NCBI GenBank assembly: GCA_934476315.1
Contig: CAKSNQ010000005.1
Coordinates: 9,581-73,580 of the forward strand
Length of the DNA: 64,000 nucleotides
From: an uncultured Eubacteriales bacterium
Lineage (GTDB): Bacteria > Bacillota > Clostridia > Oscillospirales > CAG-272
Direction of reading: 5' to 3'
Shown here: positions 54,680 to 61,463 of the stretch, one piece after another
Layout: each line of letters starts with the position of its first letter
How positions within the stretch are numbered: position 1 is the first letter of the stretch
Position numbers and translations under genes: made by a program
Notes under the pieces: generated by a model
The model's database searches: none
What the model was told of the DNA's origin: nothing
What the model saw: only the letters and a program-made list of their open reading frames with translations

Positions 54680-55401
54680 TCCGCGTCGATATTCACACGC
54701 ATATTCTGCCGGGCATTGACGACGGAAGCCGCAATGTCGCCGAATCGTTGCAGATGCTGAAGATTTTGGCAGACAGCGCTGTTTCCGTCGCTGTCGCGAC
54801 GCCTCATTTTTATGCGGAATCCGACCACCCGCTCCACTTCTTGAAACGAAGAGAGCATGCGGCAAATATTTTGACATCCGAATTATCCGGCAAGCTCGCT
54901 CCTCATATTCTGCTTGGCGCGGAGGTTGCCTATTTCGAGGGAATTCACACGTGTGAGTATGTAAAAGAACTTGCCATTCAAAACACACGACTCCTGCTTG
55001 TGGAATTGCCGATGTGCCAATGGACGGAACGCATGTTTTTTGAGTTGACTACCTTACTTGAACGTCGCGGTTTGGTGCCCGTGATTGCACACCTTGACCG
55101 CTATCGTCTGTCCGGACGGGAAATGACTATGGTAAAGGGATTCGTTCGTGACGGTGGCTTGGTGCAGTTGAACGCTGACAGCTTCCTGTCGTGGCGAACC
55201 GCACGCAAGTCGAAGAAGCTGCTCATAGACGGAACCGCACAACTGATCGGGTCCGACTGTCATAATATGCAGACGCGCCCGCCGCGAATCGGTCAGGTCT
55301 GCGATGAAATCGAAAAAATAAAAAAAGGGAATCTCCCGGAACGAATGGAGCATACCTTACGTACTTTTTTCCCAAAAGATATTTTACTTGAGCGTTCTTA
55401 A
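54676..55401 (+). CDS. CpsB/CapC-family PHP-domain protein-tyrosine phosphatase
   Basis: It shows ATGA start overlap. The N-terminus is IDIHTHILPGIDDGS, followed by later ATPH and SD.H motifs. Confidence 0.85.
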   Translation: MIRVDIHTHILPGIDDGSRNVAESLQMLKILADSAVSVAVATPHFYAESDHPLHFLKRREHAANILTSELSGKLAPHILLGAEVAYFEGIHTCEYVKELAIQNTRLLLVELPMCQWTERMFFELTTLLERRGLVPVIAHLDRYRLSGREMTMVKGFVRDGGLVQLNADSFLSWRTARKSKKLLIDGTAQLIGSDCHNMQTRPPRIGQVCDEIEKIKKGNLPERMEHTLRTFFPKDILLERS

Positions 55402-55434
55402 ATTCACATAAATTCCAACCAGAAAGAAAGGACA

Positions 55435-56175
55435 ATGATTATCATGAAAAAAACAGTTGCAATTCTGATGACGCTGGTAATGATCGTCGCCATGATCCCC
55501 GCGGCGTTCGCGGCAAAAGACGTTTTCACGCCGAGCGTCGGCGCCAAATCCACGCCTGACATTGTTCCCCCCAAGGGCTCCGACTTGCCCGCCGGGACCG
55601 TGGGAACCGTTGTTGACGACAAGGGAAATGTCGTCGAAAATGTTCTCGCCGAGAACGTGAAGCTCATTTCTTTTGATAAGAATGACACCAAGAACCCGGA
55701 AGCACAGAAAATCCTGCAGGAGAGCTATAATTCCATCTCCTCCTCCGGACTGTCCTCCATTCTCGGTGAGAGCGGTAAGGACATGGTTGTCACCGACCTG
55801 TTCTACATGTCCTATGAGGGCGACAAACTGTATTCCGGCAATAAGCTCCAGCTCACGCTCGACGCGGCTTCGGTAGAGGCAGGGAAGAACGTCGTGGTTC
55901 TTACCTCGTCGGACGGAAAAACGTGGGAGAAGGTTCCCGCAAAGAATGTCCTCGTCAACGCCGACGGCACCCTGACCGTTTCGCTGGATAAGGCTGGTGC
56001 GGTTGCTCTTGCGGTCGGGTCGACCTCTCAGGAGCCTGAGGAAAAGAACAATACGTGGTTGATCGTTTTGATTATTGTTATCGCCGTGGTCGCGGTTGCC
56101 GCTGTGGTGGTGGTCGTTGTTCTCAAGAAGAAAAACGCGCCGGCAAAGAAGCCTGAGCAGACGAACAAAAACTGA
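55435..56175 (+). CDS. Uncharacterised secreted protein with a C-terminal membrane anchor
   Basis: It has a signal peptide (MKKTVAILMTLVMIVAMIPAAFA) and a C-terminal TM helix (WLIVLIIVIAVVAVAAVVVVVVL) followed by a KKKN tail. There is no recognisable domain. Confidence 0.6.
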   Translation: MIIMKKTVAILMTLVMIVAMIPAAFAAKDVFTPSVGAKSTPDIVPPKGSDLPAGTVGTVVDDKGNVVENVLAENVKLISFDKNDTKNPEAQKILQESYNSISSSGLSSILGESGKDMVVTDLFYMSYEGDKLYSGNKLQLTLDAASVEAGKNVVVLTSSDGKTWEKVPAKNVLVNADGTLTVSLDKAGAVALAVGSTSQEPEEKNNTWLIVLIIVIAVVAVAAVVVVVVLKKKNAPAKKPEQTNKN

Positions 56176-56179
56176 TTAA

Positions 56180-57178
56180 ATGAACAAAGCGCGGTATCGG
56201 GGCAATCCCTCGGGAAATCTGGCGAAAGCCATGGTTCTCGTTGTCATTGCATTGTTGCTGTTTGGCGCTGTATTCTATGGGGCAAAGTACTTGGAGGAGC
56301 GCCACTTCGGATTTTTGGAAGCGGCAGCCTCCAGACCCGTGGAATATAACGGAAAAACCTATCTTCCCAATAATGACATCGTCGCTTTTCTGTTGATCGG
56401 CGTGGATTCCATAGGAGAAATGCAGTCCAGTGGTTATTTCAGAAACGACTCCTTGGCGGATTTTATTTGCTTGATTGCATTTGATACCAAGAGCGGAAGC
56501 TCCACGATCATTCACATCAACCGAGATACGATGACGGATATCACGATTTTGGGGATGAATGACCGTGAAGTAGGCGAGACCAGAGCGCAAATCGCACTTT
56601 CGTACTCCTACGGCGACGGTGGCGAAAGCAGTTGCAGAAACACAAAGAAGGCAGTTTCTGAGCTATTGGGCGACTTGAATATTTCATATTACCTTTCGAT
56701 GACCATGGATGCCGTGCCCATTCTTAACGACGCGGTGGGCGGGGTAGAGGTCCTTGTCGAAGACGATTTTTCGGCTGTTGATCCGACTCTGCAACAAGGT
56801 CAACGGGTAACACTGCGCGGAGATCAGGCGCTGACGTTTATCCGCTCAAGGCATCATGTCGGCGAGATGACGAATCTTTCACGTATGTCACGTCAGGTGG
56901 AGTACATGCAGAATTTTTACCTGAGATTCAAGAAAGCAATTCAAAACAACCCGCAATTTCTTGTAAGCTCTTTTAAGGATATTTCTCCGTATATTGTCAC
57001 AAACTGCAGTGATCGCGCGCTTTCCTACATCAGTAAAAAGATCGGGAACAGCGAGCTGAAGGAGGTTGTCTCTTTGCCGGGAGAAGCCGTGCTGGGGGAC
57101 ACCTACATGGAATATCATTTGGACCGGGAACAGTTACAGGAATTGATTCTTCGCATTTTTTACAAAGAAAAGCGTTAA
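56180..57178 (+). CDS. LCP-family (LytR-CpsA-Psr) glycopolymer transferase
   Basis: It has an N-terminal TM anchor, then LLIGVDS...R.DS...I......I..I.RDT and RSRH motifs. Confidence 0.85.
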   Translation: MNKARYRGNPSGNLAKAMVLVVIALLLFGAVFYGAKYLEERHFGFLEAAASRPVEYNGKTYLPNNDIVAFLLIGVDSIGEMQSSGYFRNDSLADFICLIAFDTKSGSSTIIHINRDTMTDITILGMNDREVGETRAQIALSYSYGDGGESSCRNTKKAVSELLGDLNISYYLSMTMDAVPILNDAVGGVEVLVEDDFSAVDPTLQQGQRVTLRGDQALTFIRSRHHVGEMTNLSRMSRQVEYMQNFYLRFKKAIQNNPQFLVSSFKDISPYIVTNCSDRALSYISKKIGNSELKEVVSLPGEAVLGDTYMEYHLDREQLQELILRIFYKEKR

Positions 57179-57705
57179 CTTCAACAAAGAGTCCCAACTA
57201 ATCACCGGATATGCGCATCTGAACATAGGTGCGCCCGGAACGGATCGGTTGGGATTCTTTTTGCTATTTTTCTTTGAGTTAGATTTAATGTCTCGTCTAA
57301 GCCAATGACGACTTGTTGGGAAAGCTTGTTGTGCAGACATAATCGAAAATGGATCAGGAAATTCAGCGAACCCCCGCGGCTACCGCGAAAGTAGCCCACC
57401 CCCACCCGGCGCGGGAGCGTCGGCGCGGGAATTATACAAAATGCAAATTTTGTATCAAAAAGGGGATTGGTTTAGGGGTTTTTGTGCAATTATCGGTCAT
57501 AAGCCGCATCGCCGCATGGTTGGTCAGTCATCTCTCGGTAGCCGATGACCACATTGCTCAAGACGGATGAACGACAAAATGCCGACATTGTTTTGAAGAC
57601 ATGCATCAATGCTGATCGCAATTATCGCGCAATGGCGACTCTAACTCTGTATCGATTAACAAATCCACTGCAAGCCGCGTTTACCGACTTGACGACGATT
57701 CGCAC

Positions 57706-57984
57706 CTACACTTTATCTGTGGCGTTATTATGGCATGCCAAATACTTTTGCTTTGTAGCCTCTCCGCCGCGCAAATGCCGCTCATCCTTATTTCGTTCGA
57801 GCACTTGCTGCACCTGTGCATATAACGCCGGATCAATTCGGCGAAGTGCGTGTGTAATGTCCTTATGTACCGTACTCTTGCTGACTCGAAATTGGCGGGC
57901 TGTTGAACGGACTGTCGCTTGATTTTCCACCAAATAAGCCCCGAATATGACACAGCGTTCTTTTCCAACTGAAATATACATCAT
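57706..57984 (-). CDS. spoIIID: Sporulation transcriptional regulator SpoIIID
   Basis: 92 aa. It is near-collinear with Bacillus SpoIIID: KERC..G.Y.VE...TVR..A..F.VSKSTVHKD....L..I.P.L...V...L...K..RHLRGGEATK.KY. Confidence 0.9.
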   Translation of the reverse strand: MMYISVGKERCVIFGAYLVENQATVRSTARQFRVSKSTVHKDITHALRRIDPALYAQVQQVLERNKDERHLRGGEATKQKYLACHNNATDKV

Positions 57985-58028
57985 AATACTGTACCTTGCC
58001 TGTTGATTTTTCTGTGGAATCCTGTTAT

Positions 58029-58057
58029 AATGTATGTGACTTATATCGCGGATATTC
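58029..58057 (-). promoter_or_regulatory. Candidate sigma-E type promoter of spoIIID
   Basis: The minus strand reads GAATAT (58057-58052), a 15-nt spacer and CATACATT (58036-58029). This resembles the mother-cell sigma-E consensus (ATATT...CATACA-T) as remembered. Confidence 0.4.
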
Positions 58058-58090
58058 CATGATTTCAGTTGCAATCAAGGTGGTAGAAGT

Positions 58091-58912
58091 ATGCCGGATG
58101 TCGTAAAAAGCAAGGAATGTGAAAAATTTAACAATAGTACCGTTTTGGAGGGCATGACCTCAATTTCTGCTCTCATCGGCGGCATCCGTTCCGGGACCAA
58201 TACCCGGTCGATCCAAACCGTCTTTTTTGATGAAAGCAAACGCATTTCCAAGAAAAAAGAACTCTCTTTTTTGAGTGCAGTTTCGCGCGAATTGGGGTTT
58301 TCCCTGCAACCCGCCAAGGATTCCGACATTGACCGCATGACGGTCGGGACATCCCACGGAGGCATTGTGGCGGTTTGCAGTGAACGTTCACTTCCCTCTT
58401 TGGAAAGCCTTTTATCTGCGGATTCTTCCCCGTTCCATCGGTCAGACAGCTTCTTTGCCATGCTGGAGGGGATGGAGGACCCCTATAATTTTGGCTACGC
58501 CTTGCGTTCTCTGTATGCCGCCGGCGTTGACGGAGTCATTCTCAACCCGCGCAACTGGATGGGAGCCGCAGGAGTTGTCGCGCGCGCTTCTGCCGGCGCG
58601 TCCGAACTGTTACCTATGTCGGTTTCGGACGCGGCGACGGCTGCCGATATGCTTCAAAAGCGTGGCTATCGCATTGTATGCGCGGGAATCAGAGATTCCG
58701 TTTCACTGTACGAAGCTGACCTGAAAAAGCCGCTATTTCTCGTTGTTGGCGGCGAAAAACGAGGAATTTCCCGGGCAGTCCTGGACCTTGCCGACGAAAT
58801 TGTACGAATTGATTACGGGAGACCGTTCCGCGGATCATTGTCGGCAGCTTCTGCCGCAACCGTACTCGGATTTGAAATTTTACGGCAAAATATGAAGAGC
58901 GTCAAAATGTAA
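58091..58912 (+). CDS. TrmH/SpoU-family RNA 2'-O-methyltransferase (RlmB-like)
   Basis: SD AAGGTGG is present. SpoU motifs are DPYNFG...RS, LVVGGEKRGIS and LS.A.AA...L.E. Confidence 0.8.
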   Translation: MPDVVKSKECEKFNNSTVLEGMTSISALIGGIRSGTNTRSIQTVFFDESKRISKKKELSFLSAVSRELGFSLQPAKDSDIDRMTVGTSHGGIVAVCSERSLPSLESLLSADSSPFHRSDSFFAMLEGMEDPYNFGYALRSLYAAGVDGVILNPRNWMGAAGVVARASAGASELLPMSVSDAATAADMLQKRGYRIVCAGIRDSVSLYEADLKKPLFLVVGGEKRGISRAVLDLADEIVRIDYGRPFRGSLSAASAATVLGFEILRQNMKSVKM

Positions 58913-59031
58913 AAAGTGTGAATTTTTATCGAAAAACGCATAAATAATTGCACTTTTCCCTTGCGTGATGCCGGAATTTGTGATAAAATGTCTGATAGCA
59001 GATTCAATTTTCAGAAAGGAGAAGAAACGCG

Positions 59032-59988
59032 TTGCGAAGCATATTCCGATTCCGAGACCGCGACGGAAAAGGGGTGGAAAAAGGAGAGGATACTACCCCG
59101 AATCTGAAGTATTTTTTCAAGTTGTTCCGTCGGAAGCTTTCTTCTCTTTTGAGCCTGAACATTCTGATGCTTTTTCAAGTTCTTCCCATTGTGATCGGCG
59201 TGCTTGCCTACTTATATGCGTCCAAAACACCGTCGCAGACCTCGGCGGTTTTTGCTCCCGTGTACGGAGTGTCCCTGATCGACTCAAGTGCAACAACATC
59301 TCTTCTTTTGGCGTTGCACGGAGTACCGTTGGGAATTCCCACATTTCACAACGCTTCCTATTGGATCATCGGCGCTTGCGTTGTGTTCTTTGTGCTGACG
59401 ATCGGCTGGCAAAGCGCCGGCTCTTCCTATGTGTTGCGCGGTTTGGTGCGCGGAGACGCCGTTTTTGTCTTTTCCGACTACTTCTACGCAATCCGGCGGA
59501 ATTTCAAGCAGGCGTTTTTGTATGGGCTGATCGACACGGTCATTTGCCTGGCGCTATTGGTGGATTTTCTCTACTATCAGTCCCGTGTTGGTGCGTTTTG
59601 GCAGGATGTCATGTTTTGGATTATCACCGCCCTTACCTTGCTGTACCTGATTATGCGTCCGTATATTTATCTGATGCTTGTGACGTTCCGGATGAAAATC
59701 CGCAAAATGTTCAAGAACGCCCTCATTTTTTCCGCGCTCGGCATCAAACGCAACTTCATGGCGGTCCTTGGCATTGTTCTCTTGCTCGCCGTTCATGTGG
59801 TTCTGATCGTCGCGTTGCTTCCCTACGGGATTGCGATACCCGTAATCATTCCGGTGGTCTATCTGGTTGCGGCAATCGGCTTCATCATTACCTATGCCGC
59901 GTATCCCATCATTGATCGCTATATGATCGCTCCGTATGTGACAAAAACGGAGGACGAGAATGCCGACACCGAGGCACAATCTGAGTAA
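59032..59988 (+). CDS. YesL-like (DUF624) integral membrane protein
   Basis: TTG start with SD AAAGGAG. It is polytopic and hydrophobic, with the N-terminal pattern F...R.KL..L..LN.L........... Confidence 0.55.
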   Translation: MRSIFRFRDRDGKGVEKGEDTTPNLKYFFKLFRRKLSSLLSLNILMLFQVLPIVIGVLAYLYASKTPSQTSAVFAPVYGVSLIDSSATTSLLLALHGVPLGIPTFHNASYWIIGACVVFFVLTIGWQSAGSSYVLRGLVRGDAVFVFSDYFYAIRRNFKQAFLYGLIDTVICLALLVDFLYYQSRVGAFWQDVMFWIITALTLLYLIMRPYIYLMLVTFRMKIRKMFKNALIFSALGIKRNFMAVLGIVLLLAVHVVLIVALLPYGIAIPVIIPVVYLVAAIGFIITYAAYPIIDRYMIAPYVTKTEDENADTEAQSE

Positions 59989-60021
59989 CAAAAAAGACGA
60001 ACAAATAGAAGGAGTATCTTT

Positions 60022-60663
60022 ATGACAGAATTTTCTCATTATTCCTATGGTGGCAAAACACTTGCCTACCTGCTGACACGTCCCGAAAAAGCCGACAAAA
60101 CCCAACCTCTGCCGATGATTGTGTTTCTGCACGGCGCCGGAGAGCGCGGTGACGATCTGAAAACGCTGGCGCGGCACGGGATTCCAAAATACTTCGGAGC
60201 GGACGCCGAATATCTCGGAACACAGGTGGTTACGCTTTCCCCGCAGTGCGAGGGGAACATTTCCTGGAGTCAGCTTACGGAAATAGTTATGCAACTGATT
60301 TTGGAGGTTGCAAAGAAAGAAAATGTGGACTTCTCGCGCATTTCCATTACGGGGCTCAGCATGGGCGGGTTTGGAACATGGGAAATGCTCTGCTGCTATC
60401 CTGACTTTTTCAGTGCCGCGGCTCCGGTTTGCGGCGGCGGTATGAGCTGGCGTATCAATACGCAGACCCCCGTACGTGCCTTCCACGGAGACATCGATCC
60501 GACGGTTCCAGCCGCCTATTCCTACATGATGGTGGACGCTCTGAACGCCCGCGGCGGACACGCAGAGCTGACCATTTTCCACGACTGCAAGCACGACTCC
60601 TGGACGCGTACCTATGAACATACCGACGTTATTCCGTGGTTGATTGCGCAGAAGCGCGCGTAA
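60022..60663 (+). CDS. Alpha/beta-hydrolase esterase (carboxylesterase/phospholipase-like)
   Basis: SD GAAGGAG is present. It has the HG oxyanion segment (VFLHGAGERG), the nucleophile elbow GLSMGG, and later D and H residues (HGDID, HDSW). Confidence 0.7.
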   Translation: MTEFSHYSYGGKTLAYLLTRPEKADKTQPLPMIVFLHGAGERGDDLKTLARHGIPKYFGADAEYLGTQVVTLSPQCEGNISWSQLTEIVMQLILEVAKKENVDFSRISITGLSMGGFGTWEMLCCYPDFFSAAAPVCGGGMSWRINTQTPVRAFHGDIDPTVPAAYSYMMVDALNARGGHAELTIFHDCKHDSWTRTYEHTDVIPWLIAQKRA

Positions 60664-60694
60664 GTCAAAACCACCTATTAGGTGCAAATAAAAA

Positions 60695-60728
60695 TCGGCT
60701 GAAAGAACCTTAGCGTCCTTTCAGCCGA
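60695..60728. terminator. Hairpin terminator between convergent genes
   Basis: 11-bp stem TCGGCTGAAAG/CTTTCAGCCGA flanked by an A-run and a T-rich tail. Confidence 0.65.
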
Positions 60729-60732
60729 ATGT

Positions 60733-61437
60733 TTATTCAAGTGTGTCTGTGGAATTCTTGTAGCATCGTTTACACGGCGTAAAGCCGCTTGCCTGCGCCT
60801 CGGCTAGGGAAACGCGCGTTGGATTCTTCATGCCACTGCATTCACTGCTCCTGTGATACCGTTTTCCACCATTGCCCGAAACCCATACATACGTTGTTTC
60901 CGGATTGTCCCCCGGATGCTCGTCCTCTCCGGGTGTGTCAGTCGTGCCATCGGTTCCCTCTTGTTGACCCGATTCATCCGGCTTTTCCGGTTCTGTTGGT
61001 TCTGTGGGTGTGGGGGTGTTCGGCTCGTCCGATTGGCTCGGAGCGTCCGGGTCCTGGGATGGCGAAGGATCTTGTTGCGGCGTGGCATCCTCACCCTTTT
61101 TGGTGTCATCCATGAAGTAAACCAGAATAATTTCCGTATCGCTCGCAATCTTCTGTTCCTCATCGTAGTGCGTGCTACCGCCGACGTAAACATCCGTCAC
61201 CTCACCGGTCAGCCGCGTCGTCCCGTCCGGATTCTCCGCGGTACGTCGGAGAAAAACATTGGTAAATCCGTTTTTCTGAAGCGCCATAACTGCGTCCTTG
61301 TAATTCTGTCCGATGAGCAACGAGCGCTTCGGAGGAAACGCCATGGAGTAATTTGCGCTCTCGCAAGAGAGCAGAAAACAGTTTTGGATGAGCAGGACCA
61401 AAAGAAGTGCAGATACAACAATCTTGTTTCGCAACAT
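60733..61437 (-). CDS. Putative lipoprotein with an acidic Pro/Thr/Glu linker and a C-terminal His-Cys3 motif
   Basis: It has a signal peptide with lipobox (FLLSC), a small globular domain, a ~60-aa PQQDPSPSQDPDAPSQSDEPNTPTPTEPTEPEKPDE linker, and then YHRSSECSGM...GFTPCKRC. Confidence 0.6.
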   Translation of the reverse strand: MLRNKIVVSALLLVLLIQNCFLLSCESANYSMAFPPKRSLLIGQNYKDAVMALQKNGFTNVFLRRTAENPDGTTRLTGEVTDVYVGGSTHYDEEQKIASDTEIILVYFMDDTKKGEDATPQQDPSPSQDPDAPSQSDEPNTPTPTEPTEPEKPDESGQQEGTDGTTDTPGEDEHPGDNPETTYVWVSGNGGKRYHRSSECSGMKNPTRVSLAEAQASGFTPCKRCYKNSTDTLE

Positions 61438-61463
61438 AAGAAAGTCCCCAATCGTAAAGAAAT

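Noticed and set aside
58965-59915. 316-aa ORF in an alternative frame of the YesL-like gene
   Set aside because: The composition is Arg/Cys/Ser-rich and non-protein-like. The overlapping frame (59032-59988) gives a coherent polytopic membrane protein with an SD-preceded TTG start. The long open alternative frame is noted, but it is most simply a compositional artefact.
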